Positions 1 through 10,406 of a stretch of DNA of 64,000 nt are shown piece by piece; positions within the stretch are counted from its first letter, which is position 1, and every line of letters starts with the position of its first letter. The notes below the pieces were generated by a model. It was not told the origin of the DNA. It did not search any database and saw only the letters and a list, made by a program, of their open reading frames with translations. The DNA is from a virus, in the IMG/VR virus record IMGVR_UViG_3300020045_004509, positions 1 through 64,000 of that record, one strand, 5' to 3'. A program made the translations under genes and the position numbers.

Positions 1-72
1 AACGAAATCCAATCCTTGATTAATTGGCATTAATGGAATCAACTTATCTAAAAGTTTAAATTTAGACCCAAT
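1..72 (-). repeat. Perfect inverted copy of 1203-1274 (5' part of dam), running off the window edge
   Basis: Reverse complement of 1-72 equals attgggtctaaa...ggatttcgtt at 1203-1274, 72/72. Confidence 0.95.
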
Positions 73-162
73 CGACATCATGGCTTGCTGCATTTTTTCG
101 GTTTGTTTTTGCAATTCTGGTTACAATTTTCACGTTTTCTGTTCTTCTAAATGTCAGTAAAG

Positions 163-208
163 TGTTATAATACTTCTATCCAAACAAACAAAGGAATTTA
201 TCATGACA
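163..208 (+). promoter_or_regulatory. Early-type promoter + RBS unit (extended -10 TGnTATAAT, SD AAGGA); identical 46-bp copy at 1971-2016
   Basis: tgttataatacttctatccaaacaaacaaaggaatttatcatgaca present at both sites. Confidence 0.85.
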
Positions 209-376
209 GCAACAGTTATTAAATTAGTGAATGGTAAAATTCCCCCAAACGCAGAATGCCCATTCAAGAATGAATGTGATATTGTAAAATTTGGATGTTG
301 TAATCATAATGGGATAAATCATAATGTTCCGTTTTCATGTGCAATGGCACGTTTCTTTGAGATTACCCAAAAATGA
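203..376 (+). CDS. Small Cys/His-rich hypothetical protein (57 aa)
   Basis: Hand-translated MTATVIKL...FEITQK; follows promoter/RBS unit; ATGA overlap with next gene. Confidence 0.75.
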   Translation: MTATVIKLVNGKIPPNAECPFKNECDIVKFGCCNHNGINHNVPFSCAMARFFEITQK

Positions 377-1182
377 AATTTGATCTTACATCTGATCTAC
401 ATTTAGATTTTGGGGGCGTTTCTGAACTTTATAATAGTTCCAATGAAGGATCAAAAGTTCTTGTTCTTGCAGGGGATACTTTGGAAGCAAGACTTCTGAA
501 AGAAAAATCTACCCTGAAAGATCAAGTAGTAGAATATTTCAAGTTCTTGAATGAACGATATGAAAGGGTCATCTGGATAATCGGGAACCATTGTCATTAT
601 CAAAATTCGTTTATCCATACTAAGAAGAATCTAACCGATAGGTTTCGGGAAAATAATCTGACAAATTTTGTTGTTCTTGAAAAGGAAACGATTGAAGTTG
701 ATGATACGATTTTCTTTGGGGCTACTATGTGGACGACCATGAACAATGAAAATCCTGTTGTGGTTCAGTATTGTGAAGGACGAATGAATGATTATTCCCA
801 AATTCATGTTGCAAAACTTGCATATGGGGAAAAGGTTTATTTGTCCCCAAGGGATACAGCAAGACAATGCATTCTTACCAAAGAAAAGATCAAGGAATTC
901 GCTTTATTGAAAACTGATAAGAAAAAAGTTCTTGTCACCCACATGGCTCCATGTTTGTTGTCTGTTCCTGAAAATTTCCGACATGATCCATTACATTATG
1001 CTTACTTTGAAGAACTATTTGATATTCTGATTGATTCTGATATCAAATTGGCAGTTCATGGCCACCTACATAGCCAAGTAGATTATGAAATTGAAGACCT
1101 GAGAATTGTTTCTAATCCACGGGGCTACTATGGGGATGATCCAACAGCATTTGATCATAAATTTAAACAGATTGAAGTATGA
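373..1182 (+). CDS. Calcineurin-like metallophosphoesterase
   Basis: Motifs SDLH, AGD, GNH, THMAP, HGHLH. Confidence 0.9.
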   Translation: MKFDLTSDLHLDFGGVSELYNSSNEGSKVLVLAGDTLEARLLKEKSTLKDQVVEYFKFLNERYERVIWIIGNHCHYQNSFIHTKKNLTDRFRENNLTNFVVLEKETIEVDDTIFFGATMWTTMNNENPVVVQYCEGRMNDYSQIHVAKLAYGEKVYLSPRDTARQCILTKEKIKEFALLKTDKKKVLVTHMAPCLLSVPENFRHDPLHYAYFEELFDILIDSDIKLAVHGHLHSQVDYEIEDLRIVSNPRGYYGDDPTAFDHKFKQIEV

Positions 1183-1970
1183 TTAAAAGTCCTATCGTTT
1201 ATATTGGGTCTAAATTTAAACTTTTAGATAAGTTGATTCCATTAATGCCAATTAATCAAGGATTGGATTTCGTTGATGTGTTTACTGGTGGGGGTTCCGT
1301 TTATCTGAACGTATTGGATAAGTTTAAAACAATCTATGCTAATGACATTATTTCTGAACTTATTCAGATTCACGAAAATTTTGGAAACAAAGCAGAAATT
1401 GAAAAATCAATCTTGTTATCATCAATGACGAAGGATAATCAAGAACGATATTTGACTTTACGGAAATCATTCAATACATCCAAATCATGGAAGTTGTTGC
1501 TGGCATTGATTTGGTCGTGTAATAGCAACATGATGCGTTTCAATAGCAAGGGAGAATTTAACCAAACATGGGGTAAACGATGTGCTTCCCCCGCAACTAT
1601 TCAGAATTGTCATGATGTCGCTAATATTGATCTAACGGTGGTGAAATATTCATCTTTACCATTTCAAAAATTAACATTTGAAAAAAATATGTTTGTTTAT
1701 TTTGATCCTCCATATAGTAATACAGGTGCAGGATACAATACAACATGGTCACATAAAGATGACATTGATTTAATAAATTTGATCCATGAACTAAACAGTC
1801 AGGGTATAAAATTTGGGCTTTCTGGATGCCAAAACGAAAACCCAAATCCTGTTCATGATTCAATGGTTAAAGCGGGATATAAAGTTCACTATTTTGGAGA
1901 TTTGTACCAGAACATTGCGAAAAAAGAACGAACCAATCAAGAATATTACTTCACAAACGTTAAAATTTGA
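1179..1970 (+). CDS. dam: Dam-like DNA adenine methyltransferase (D12 class)
   Basis: N-terminal SPIVYIGSK, DVFTGGGSV (motif I), RFNSKGEFN, catalytic DPPY. Confidence 0.88.
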   Translation: MIKSPIVYIGSKFKLLDKLIPLMPINQGLDFVDVFTGGGSVYLNVLDKFKTIYANDIISELIQIHENFGNKAEIEKSILLSSMTKDNQERYLTLRKSFNTSKSWKLLLALIWSCNSNMMRFNSKGEFNQTWGKRCASPATIQNCHDVANIDLTVVKYSSLPFQKLTFEKNMFVYFDPPYSNTGAGYNTTWSHKDDIDLINLIHELNSQGIKFGLSGCQNENPNPVHDSMVKAGYKVHYFGDLYQNIAKKERTNQEYYFTNVKI

Positions 1971-2010
1971 TGTTATAATACTTCTATCCAAACAAACAAA
2001 GGAATTTATC

Positions 2011-2322
2011 ATGACAAAAGTTCAAATCAAATTTGCCCCTTCTGCCATTGCCCATAAGCTGTACTTCATGGATGATTGCGTTGAATTTGTTCAAGACAAC
2101 ATTGCTTTTTGGGAACCATCTAAACCATTCGAAATCAATACTGGTTCTTGTACAGACAATGAAGCTATTGCTGATGAAGTTTTTGACATTACAAATAACC
2201 CAAATCGTCAAGATGAACGTGAATATGTTTATGGTCGGGGTCGTTCCCTTTCATCAGGCGATATTGTTGTTGTGAATAATGAACAATGGTTGTGCCGTTC
2301 ATTTGGTTGGTCTAAACTTTAA
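2011..2322 (+). CDS. Hypothetical protein, YodL-like C-terminal motif
   Basis: Start moved to ATG after promoter/RBS unit; GRSLSSGDIVVV motif. Confidence 0.6.
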   Translation: MTKVQIKFAPSAIAHKLYFMDDCVEFVQDNIAFWEPSKPFEINTGSCTDNEAIADEVFDITNNPNRQDEREYVYGRGRSLSSGDIVVVNNEQWLCRSFGWSKL

Positions 2323-2343
2323 TAGAAGTTAAAGGAAATAAAA

Positions 2344-2754
2344 ATGCAATATTTTACAGTAGCCCCCGGTAAATATTATCTTGGCGATCCATGCTATGTA
2401 GTTCCAGATGACAAATGGATGGATTTATTGGAATCATGTGACTATTTCAATAAACCAACAGGATTTGTTGTTATAGGCGAAAATCAATATTCTGTACATG
2501 CATTTTCCACCGCATATGGGGACGGTTGCTATGATGGATCAAATAACTTTGACTATGGGGTTGATTCTGGGTTGATTGGTCTTGTACCAGTTGCCGTATG
2601 TCCTGATCCAAATTTAAGGCTTGTGACAATTATCGAATTTGATGTTGATACTGTGGTTACATGCCATTATGGAAAGATGGACTTTGGTTCTGTCACAATT
2701 GATACTGATTTTTGTGATGATTCTTATTATCCTGAAGATGATGATCAAGATTAA
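2344..2754 (+). CDS. Phage hypothetical protein
   Basis: SD AAGGA; motifs YYLGDPCY, TAYGDGCY, VDSGLIG. Confidence 0.75.
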   Translation: MQYFTVAPGKYYLGDPCYVVPDDKWMDLLESCDYFNKPTGFVVIGENQYSVHAFSTAYGDGCYDGSNNFDYGVDSGLIGLVPVAVCPDPNLRLVTIIEFDVDTVVTCHYGKMDFGSVTIDTDFCDDSYYPEDDDQD

Positions 2755-2791
2755 TGCTATAATTCAATCTTCTAAAACAAAGGAAATCAAA

Positions 2792-3229
2792 ATGCAAATG
2801 ACTAAAGCCCTTCAAAAAGCTATCGATATCAAAAACTTCAACAAAGCAATCATGCGAAAAATGTTGAAAGAATCATCTAAGAAGATTGTGATTCAAGGAT
2901 GTGGTTCAGGAACTGATCTTGGTCCTGAAATTCGGGATGAATATGGCAACAAAGATTCTATTGGGGTTCTTTGTTCAATGTCAAGGAAGTATCTTGAACG
3001 GTATTGGGGATTGATTTCTGATGACAATCAAAAACCTCTGATCAAACATCTGACAAAGAAGTATGGATTAAATGTGATTTCAGGAAATGAATATGGTCGG
3101 GTGGTTGATATTCTTCAAGCCCTTCAGACTGCCCATGATACAGCATTTGTTGATACCAAGGAATGTTCTGATCGAATGAAGTTGTTTCTGCATGAAGTAG
3201 ATAAGATCAAGGATGAATTTAAGTTATGA
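2792..3229 (+). CDS. Hypothetical protein
   Basis: Start after promoter/RBS unit; ATGA coupling to 3226. Confidence 0.75.
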   Translation: MQMTKALQKAIDIKNFNKAIMRKMLKESSKKIVIQGCGSGTDLGPEIRDEYGNKDSIGVLCSMSRKYLERYWGLISDDNQKPLIKHLTKKYGLNVISGNEYGRVVDILQALQTAHDTAFVDTKECSDRMKLFLHEVDKIKDEFKL

Positions 3230-3546
3230 CTTCTGAAGAATTTCTATCAAAGATAGATTCTCTATATGGTAAGCAATTATCTTATCAGGTACTATGTTCA
3301 GCCCATAAAGAACTTATTACCACAATTGATTCATTGTTGATTGATGTATCGGATTCCATTCCTGAAGATGGAACATGGGTATTTGCAGTTCAAGACCTAT
3401 CATCTTTAGGCAAGGGAACATTCTTAGGGGAATATTTCTATACATCTGAATTTGGATTCAATACCGATGAAATTGCCGATGAAGGTTATGGGTTTATTAC
3501 AAGATGGGTTTCATTTGAAACGATTAATAATAACCCCTTAGAATAG
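3226..3546 (+). CDS. Hypothetical protein
   Basis: ORF coupled to upstream gene. Confidence 0.65.
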   Translation: MTSEEFLSKIDSLYGKQLSYQVLCSAHKELITTIDSLLIDVSDSIPEDGTWVFAVQDLSSLGKGTFLGEYFYTSEFGFNTDEIADEGYGFITRWVSFETINNNPLE

Positions 3547-3548
3547 CC

Positions 3549-3641
3549 CCAGAACGCATCAGAATCGTCTTAGTTGCGTTTAAATAGACTAACCTATACC
3601 AATGTAGCCCCGAGGGTTTAAACCCATTAGAAAGCCTTTAA
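3549..3641. repeat. ~95-bp intergenic element with a diverged second copy at 44983-45078
   Basis: Colinear blocks CCAGAACGCA..AATCG, TAAATA, TAGCC and phased TTTAAA-like tracts. Confidence 0.5.
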
Positions 3642-4002
3642 ATGAACGAATCATTCATCCAATCTTGTCAATCTGAATTCATTGCCCTTCTGAAAGAGCA
3701 AACATTGTTGACTCAAGATTTCCTTTCCCATATGACAAACAATTATGACATCGCCCTGAAACTTCAAGATTCCGCTTGGGGTTGGCATGGGGCAAACTTG
3801 AAAGATGAACATGATTCTGAATAGACAAACTCTGATTGATATTGTAGAATTGATGACTCGATTTCCTGATGCAGATTATGTTGATATTGAAGTCGATTCA
3901 TCATCAGGAATTGGATCGATTGTGACAGCAGAAATTCCCATTACATTGAATGAAGTTAATGGAAAATTCAAAACGACTCTTATGGATGAAAGTGACTGGT
4001 AA

Positions 4003-4749
4003 ATGAAAACTTACTGGTCTTTATCTAAATTTGCTGATTCTCTTAGAAAAGTATTTGGATTACCTGAAATGCTTTCTATGGGTACTTCTGAAGAATGGGA
4101 AGCATTTCATAAACTTGAAAAAGAAACATCAAGAATTGGGCTAGCAGTAATCGAAAGTCTTGATGTTATTCAGAATATCGTTTACTGGATTCCAAGGAAG
4201 ATTACAGATGGAATTTATTGGATTTCTAATGTCAAAGATTCTACTCATGTTTTACGAACTACTGCTAAACTTGGAGGATGGTCTGATCTTACCCAAAAAA
4301 TTCCTGATGGATTGATGTATGGGGTAATTGACTTCATTGAAAAAGAATGCTTCTGGATGGAAGTAATGGGTTCTGATTATTACTATTCAAAACAAAGTTA
4401 TATTCGTTGGAAACTATTTTCAATGGAAGTTTCATCTGTTGATCGAATGTACTTTGGATTAAAATGGCTTGATTTTCAGATTGAAAATTCTGATGAAGAT
4501 AGTAAAGTTGCTTATCAAGAAATCATTGATGCATATTCATTTGCCAAGTATCGTTACTTTACTTTTGATGCTTATGAAGAATCAGGATATATGAAACTAT
4601 TTGGAGATTCGGTGAGTATTTGGGAAGATACTACTGAAGACCGTAGGAAACTATATGACAAAATCAATCAATTGGAAGCAGATTTCTATTCTGAAACTAC
4701 AAAACATTGTAGTAATTTAGTTAAGAATAGAAATTTGATGTGGGTTTGA
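4003..4749 (+). CDS. Hypothetical phage protein (248 aa)
   Basis: Long ORF with host-region codon usage; stop abuts tailspike stop. Confidence 0.8.
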   Translation: MKTYWSLSKFADSLRKVFGLPEMLSMGTSEEWEAFHKLEKETSRIGLAVIESLDVIQNIVYWIPRKITDGIYWISNVKDSTHVLRTTAKLGGWSDLTQKIPDGLMYGVIDFIEKECFWMEVMGSDYYYSKQSYIRWKLFSMEVSSVDRMYFGLKWLDFQIENSDEDSKVAYQEIIDAYSFAKYRYFTFDAYEESGYMKLFGDSVSIWEDTTEDRRKLYDKINQLEADFYSETTKHCSNLVKNRNLMWV

Positions 4750-7173
4750 TTACAAGTTACCTTCAGATACCCAGTCAGTATTTAAAACATTTCCTGATCC
4801 AGTAGTAATTCGTACCCATGATTTAGGCTGGCCTACCGCTGGAGCGGAATTGAATACTCGATCACCAATAACCCATGATCCGGTTGTTGGAATGCTTGTC
4901 TTTATAAGATCACCCGTGTATGTGGGCTTTGTCGCACCCTTCCATGTGATTGAGCCAGTCAGCACCGCATTTGCTAGGGGTACAGCGTAATACCCGTTAT
5001 TTGCTGAGGTGTCATTCAGCGCAGTTTTGAATGTGTTGCCGTATGCCCGTACTTTGTTGTTATCAAAATTGATACTTAACGTGCCCGTCGAAAACACATT
5101 GTTTGAAACTACCGCCTCACCACCAGATGACCACGATGTTGATGACGCTGCACCCGCAAAGTTAACACCCCCAGACACAGAGTTACCGCTGATAACTAAG
5201 TCGTTTATCGTCAGTGCCAGAGTGCCTTCAGTCAAGGTGATGTTGGTTATTGTGTTGCCGACAATCTTGATGCGGCTCGCGTACCCGAATACGCCCTGAT
5301 TCGCAAGATTGAAATCACCGTCAAACCTGTTGCCTGAAAAAGTTACATCCGAATAGTCGCCACGGGTGCAGCTAACATTTCTAAAGGTGTTGCTTGGACC
5401 ACGGATAATCACGTTATTGACAACATCCATAACATTGAAAATGGCATCGTTGAAATTTAATGCAGTCGCATTGCTGTCCCTGCCGGTCATGTCGATCAGA
5501 TTATCTTTAATCCCAATGCGCTTAAATGTAGCGCCCTTGGTCAAGTAGCCCGATGAAAAACTCACGCCATTATCCGTGTTCACTCCTGCGGCAACAGTGT
5601 ACTTATTTCCGCGACATTCAATGTCCGCCATGGCCGTTGCGCTGGTGTTTGATATTGTTAGCAGGCCTGTAGCTACTGACGTATTACCATTAACCTTGAC
5701 CCTGCCTATCAGCAGGCTCGTACCGGAGGCATAAAACACATGCCCCCCTGATGATACGTTGTCAGACACATCAATGTTGGACATTGAAAGGCCCGTACCA
5801 CTGACATAAAAGAGGTGGTTGCCTGGAACATTGTTTCTGCGGATAGACATGTTTTCGATGACGGTAGAGGTAACTCCAGACTTAAAAACGCTCCCTGTTG
5901 TGATGTGGTTGTCAAAGATCGAGATGTTCTTAAAGTAGTTGCTTGGGGATGCTGCGTAATCACTAAGTAAAGCAGACGCAGAAGAGCACATGAAAATTCT
6001 GTTTGCGTTAATGATCAAGCCGTCTATTCCAAGCTCGCCGTTATTGATGACGTTTCCCGCAGCAGTCGATTGGATAAACACGTTATCCGAGATAGTGCAT
6101 TTCTCACTTCGGACGTTTACCACAGTGGAATGCGCAGTGACGTAATTGTGATGAACGCGATACGGACCAGAGACATTGCTATGCATGTCAATAGCGCCCT
6201 TGTAATCGTCAACCGTACCGGAAAAATCCTCGGTAATGTGATTGTGGTGGATGTCAACATTTACGCTAACAGCAGACCTGTCCCCACCCGTTACGGAGTG
6301 CTTGCACCGTGAAAAGGTGTTGCCGAAAACATTGAGGTTATTCCCGCTTACGTTTACACCGTAACCAACTCTGCTTGGCAATCCCGGAGACACCCCCTGC
6401 ACGTTAAGGAAATTGGAAAACGAGTTTCCGTTGATTGCGATGTTGTCGCCAGCAGCATCAACCCCAACGCAGGCATAAGAATTACCAACAAATTCACAGC
6501 CTATGACTTTGACATTCGTCCCAATTACGGAGAGCGCGTTTACATAGTTAAGGTTGTTTGGGGCAGCACTTAAATCAAACTTCAGCCCACTTATTTCTAA
6601 AGTGGGGTAGCCTCTGTACCTATTGATTCCAGTTACAGTAAATGCCGAATAAAACGAACACGATAAATTTGCAACCTGCCCGACTATGCTTGTAACGCGA
6701 GCATACATTCCGTGGTTGTACCCGGTAACGCGAACGTCTGTGCTCTCAAATTTAAGCAGGTCACCCACCTCAGCAGTTACCCCCGTTGGCAGTGTGACAA
6801 CCGACGTATTTGTTACCGCAGAAAATGTTGTAAACCCCGTGTAAGCGGTCAGCAACTTGCCCAGCGTCAACAGTGAGCCGTCGCTTGAAAACGCGGCAGC
6901 AGTTGGTTTTAAAGTCGCCCCGTTGCCAATGGTCTTGTAGACATTCCCGCCGCCAATCGGCCCGGTAATTTTGTAAGTTGAGCCGGGTTCGAATTGCAAG
7001 GATGACCCAACAGGGGCCGCAGCGTATGCCGCCAAAATCGCAGCTGTGTCATCTGTCACGCCATCACCTAGTGCACCAAAATCTTTCACAGAAACCACAT
7101 CCCCAAGTTTATCAGCAACACTTCTTAAATTTGTTGAACTTACATTTATCTGGTCGGCATATGGTTTTGTCAT
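4750..7173 (-). CDS. Tailspike / beta-helix depolymerase-like receptor-binding protein
   Basis: VSVKDFGALGDGVTDDTAAI motif, Asn/Gly/Ile-rich beta-helix repeats, GC-richer core. Confidence 0.88.
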   Translation of the reverse strand: MTKPYADQINVSSTNLRSVADKLGDVVSVKDFGALGDGVTDDTAAILAAYAAAPVGSSLQFEPGSTYKITGPIGGGNVYKTIGNGATLKPTAAAFSSDGSLLTLGKLLTAYTGFTTFSAVTNTSVVTLPTGVTAEVGDLLKFESTDVRVTGYNHGMYARVTSIVGQVANLSCSFYSAFTVTGINRYRGYPTLEISGLKFDLSAAPNNLNYVNALSVIGTNVKVIGCEFVGNSYACVGVDAAGDNIAINGNSFSNFLNVQGVSPGLPSRVGYGVNVSGNNLNVFGNTFSRCKHSVTGGDRSAVSVNVDIHHNHITEDFSGTVDDYKGAIDMHSNVSGPYRVHHNYVTAHSTVVNVRSEKCTISDNVFIQSTAAGNVINNGELGIDGLIINANRIFMCSSASALLSDYAASPSNYFKNISIFDNHITTGSVFKSGVTSTVIENMSIRRNNVPGNHLFYVSGTGLSMSNIDVSDNVSSGGHVFYASGTSLLIGRVKVNGNTSVATGLLTISNTSATAMADIECRGNKYTVAAGVNTDNGVSFSSGYLTKGATFKRIGIKDNLIDMTGRDSNATALNFNDAIFNVMDVVNNVIIRGPSNTFRNVSCTRGDYSDVTFSGNRFDGDFNLANQGVFGYASRIKIVGNTITNITLTEGTLALTINDLVISGNSVSGGVNFAGAASSTSWSSGGEAVVSNNVFSTGTLSINFDNNKVRAYGNTFKTALNDTSANNGYYAVPLANAVLTGSITWKGATKPTYTGDLIKTSIPTTGSWVIGDRVFNSAPAVGQPKSWVRITTGSGNVLNTDWVSEGNL

Positions 7174-7245
7174 GAAAATTCCTTGTTTCTATCTATTATT
7201 TAGTGCAACTTCGTGTTATAATATATTTAATACAAAGGAAACATC
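7174..7245. promoter_or_regulatory. Back-to-back cassette: late-type CTAAATA + SD on - strand, extended -10 + SD on + strand
   Basis: TATTTAG at 7197-7203 then GTGTTATAAT; homologous to 16593-16670 and 40872-40934. Confidence 0.7.
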
Positions 7246-7713
7246 ATGCCAAAAGCAACTATTCTTATCGGCCTTCCAGCATCTGGTAAGTCATTTTATG
7301 TTGAGCAAAATTGCTTATCTAACCTAAATATAATGATTTTGTCCACCGATCATTACATTGACCAATATGCGTTTTATTCTAAAAAGACCTACAATGAAGT
7401 ATTTCAAGATCGCATCAAAGATGCAACATCAGAAATGATGGATGATCTTACTTTTGCCAAAATGAATTTTCTTGATATTGTCTGGGATCAAACAAATCTT
7501 TCGGTCAAATCCCGCGCAAATAAGATTAGACTTATGAAAGGATATGATATCCACGCAGTAGTCTTTGGACAAAATCTTTCTGAAGAAGAACACGTTCGTC
7601 GCTTGAATTCAAGACCCGGTAAGTCTATTCCAGATTATGTCATGAAGACTATGAAATCATCTTATCAAGAACCCACTATGGAAGAAGGATTTCTTTCTAT
7701 TACTTATGTCTAA
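7246..7713 (+). CDS. P-loop kinase (AAA_33 / polynucleotide kinase-like)
   Basis: Walker A GLPASGKS, STD, WDQTNL. Confidence 0.85.
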   Translation: MPKATILIGLPASGKSFYVEQNCLSNLNIMILSTDHYIDQYAFYSKKTYNEVFQDRIKDATSEMMDDLTFAKMNFLDIVWDQTNLSVKSRANKIRLMKGYDIHAVVFGQNLSEEEHVRRLNSRPGKSIPDYVMKTMKSSYQEPTMEEGFLSITYV

Positions 7714-9123
7714 GTTCATTCAAATCATCATTCAAGAAAAATCTTCAAATGAAGACTATCGATCATTTTGCATCTGTGAAGATGACGATGGACACAACTG
7801 GGAACTTCGGGGTTATGGAAGTTCAGTTGAAGCAGCAGCAAAAGATGCTATCGACAAATATAATGATGAAGATTGGTGGCATTTGTATGGTGTGATTGTA
7901 GAATTGTGTTATAATAAAACATCTTAAACAACAAAGGAAACATCATGAAAGATTATGAAAAATATGGGATTGCAGTTGGTCAACTATATGCATCTGCTGA
8001 TGGACATGGGCAAGGGAAACCTATCCTGAAAGTTGTTGATGTAGAAACCTATGCTGAGTGCGGTGATATCATCGTTCTTAATTTGAGGTTTAATGATCAA
8101 TGGAGAATTGATTGCTTCAAACTTGCAATGGTTCGTTATTACTTGGTAAAGTAGTATATAATAACTTATCTTAAACAACAAAGGATTTATCATGAACAAT
8201 TTATACATCGGATGTAAAATAAAAATCATCGATTGCTATGATAAATCATCATGGTATTGGAATAAAATTGGTTGTGAATATACAGTGATAGAAATTCGAC
8301 CACAGTATTCTGATGTTGTGGTTGAAAATGGTAATCTTGTAGAAGATTGTGATTTTATTGTGTTGGAATAAGACATCTTAAACAACAAAGGATTTATCAT
8401 GAAATTAGGTAAAATTTTGTTTGAAACAAAAGACCATTGTATGGTAATGCAACGCGATTCAGAAATATACTCTTATGATGATAAAACACAAATCTACATT
8501 CTGAATACAAATGCTAGAGAGCATGGGGTAAAAGTCATTTCTACCACGAAAAATGGTATTAATATTATATGTATTGTTGAATGGTTGTAAAATAATATGA
8601 AAATTAAAATCTCTGAAGCGACGAATGAATTCCTGAACTATCTTGTTGCAAAACTTAAAAATCATGACTGGCGATATCTATGGATGCTTGAAGACGCTGG
8701 ATATTCTGTATGGATGACTATGGAAGAAGCATGGGGCAGACCACATCAAGATTATTGTTCAAATGGATTTGATATTATTCAAGAAGAATGCAATACATTC
8801 TATAAATGTTCTACTGGTTGGGATGCTATCGTTGGGTTTGAAGATGACCTTAATCACACAATTGCATATGGGGAAACTATGTTGATTGCAGGAATCCGCG
8901 CATATCTTATTTCTAAACTTGGTGATGAGGTTGAATTTCCTGATGGATTGATGCTATAATAACTTATCTTAAAACTTCAAAGGACGCAAAATGTCTATAA
9001 GTGCATTGTTATGTATCATGGGTATGATTTACATAAGTCATGAAACGAAACCAGAACATAGAATATTTTTAGGAGCTACGTTCCTTATTTCAGGAATTGT
9101 TGTGTCATTTTTAAAGGGTTAAT
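7706..9123 (+). other. Cluster of small hypothetical ORFs (7706-7927, 7945-8154, 8192-8371, 8399-8590, 8991-9122) around the ORF at 8597
   Basis: Most are headed by the promoter/RBS unit. Confidence 0.7.
8597..8959 (+). CDS. Possible NinX/DUF2591-like phage protein
   Basis: LNYLVAK...GETMLIAGIRAYLISKLGDEVEFP pattern. Confidence 0.55.
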   Translation: MKIKISEATNEFLNYLVAKLKNHDWRYLWMLEDAGYSVWMTMEEAWGRPHQDYCSNGFDIIQEECNTFYKCSTGWDAIVGFEDDLNHTIAYGETMLIAGIRAYLISKLGDEVEFPDGLML

Positions 9124-9525
9124 ATGATTACTGTTTACATTGAAACTTCAACCAAAGATTATTTTGGAAAAGAAATGAATCTCCAAGAACAGTTAGAAGC
9201 TTATATTTCTACCCTTCGCCATCTAGAAACTATTAGAGCTTCTATGAAACGCGGTGAATCATATACTGCGAACGCATTTATTGCTGGATGGAATGCTTCT
9301 AAGAATGACTGGATTTCAACTAAAGATAAACTACCTGAACCAGAAACTTACGTTCTTACAATATGTAAAGGTATTCCGTGTGTTCTTTCTATGGAATGGG
9401 ATCATCCAACTTACGAAGACTCATATAAATCATATCTTTATTGGTCAGATAAAGAAATGTATGATACAATCGAAGATGAACGCGTAACACACTGGATGGA
9501 ACTTCCAGAACTACCAAATGACTAA
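9124..9525 (+). CDS. DUF551-domain protein
   Basis: WISTKDKLPE...VTHWMELPELP. Confidence 0.8.
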   Translation: MITVYIETSTKDYFGKEMNLQEQLEAYISTLRHLETIRASMKRGESYTANAFIAGWNASKNDWISTKDKLPEPETYVLTICKGIPCVLSMEWDHPTYEDSYKSYLYWSDKEMYDTIEDERVTHWMELPELPND

Positions 9526-9758
9526 ACGATTCCCATTATATCCAGCCGTAGATTCAGCATTGGTTACGACTAATGCTTTGTTTGGGGTAGACATTACGAA
9601 GCCTAAATTTCCATCTGATGAAGATAGGGAAATTGCTGATAACTTTGATGTTGCTAAGGAACTTGAAAAAGCTATTGAAGCAAGAAACCTTACCGTAAAC
9701 ATTCATGCTGACATTCAAAAAACCATAAACCAACCGATTTTTTAACTAAGGAAAAACT

Positions 9759-10406
9759 ATGACAACCGAAAAACTACCCGTAAATATCACCCTAATCATT
9801 GACCGTTCTGGGTCAATGTCATCAATTAAAAATGATGTAATTGGGGGAATTAATTCCTTCTATGCAGAACAAAAGAAAGTAGAAGGGGAAGCAACTGTAA
9901 CTTTTGTTCAATTTGACAATGTAATCGAAACGGTATTCAAGAATGTTGATCTGAAGGAAGTAAAAGACCTAACTGCATCTACTTTTGTGCCACGGGGTAT
10001 GACTGCCCTTTATGATGCAATTGGTATGACTATTTCTGCAGTTGATTCTGAAACCAAGAATCCACAGATAATTTGCATACTTACTGACGGTGAAGAAAAT
10101 GGATCAAAAGAATATACTAAAGAACATGTAAAGACCTTGATTGAACTGGTCAAGACCCGTGGTTGGCAGGTCATGTTTCTTGGGGCAAATATTGATGCAA
10201 TGAAAGTTGGTTCAGGTTTGGGTATTTCTTCTGATAATACTGTAAACTATGTTGCAACACCTCAAGGGGCAATGGGTTCTATTTCGGCAACATCTGCTAA
10301 GTTTTCTGCAATGCGTTCTTCATATTCTTCTGGGGATGCAGATTGGGCTGTAAAAGGGGGAACAATGACTGACTTGTACAAAACTAAGATGGATGAACCA
10401 AAATGA
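9759..10406 (+). CDS. von Willebrand factor A domain protein
   Basis: MIDAS DRSGSM, TALYDAIG, LTDGEEN, FLGANIDA. Confidence 0.9.
   Translation: MTTEKLPVNITLIIDRSGSMSSIKNDVIGGINSFYAEQKKVEGEATVTFVQFDNVIETVFKNVDLKEVKDLTASTFVPRGMTALYDAIGMTISAVDSETKNPQIICILTDGEENGSKEYTKEHVKTLIELVKTRGWQVMFLGANIDAMKVGSGLGISSDNTVNYVATPQGAMGSISATSAKFSAMRSSYSSGDADWAVKGGTMTDLYKTKMDEPK

Noticed and set aside
3563-3575. 13-nt match AATCGTCTTAGTT to the tRNA-like element (45778-45790)
   Set aside because: Matches of this length are expected by chance in 64 kb of AT-rich DNA, and there is no tRNA fold at 3563.
5009-7327. + strand ORFs inside tailspike genes (also within 14436-16592, 35815-40360, 51842-55159) and - strand ORFs within the early region
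   Set aside because: Antisense shadows of real genes, without SDs or recognisable motifs.
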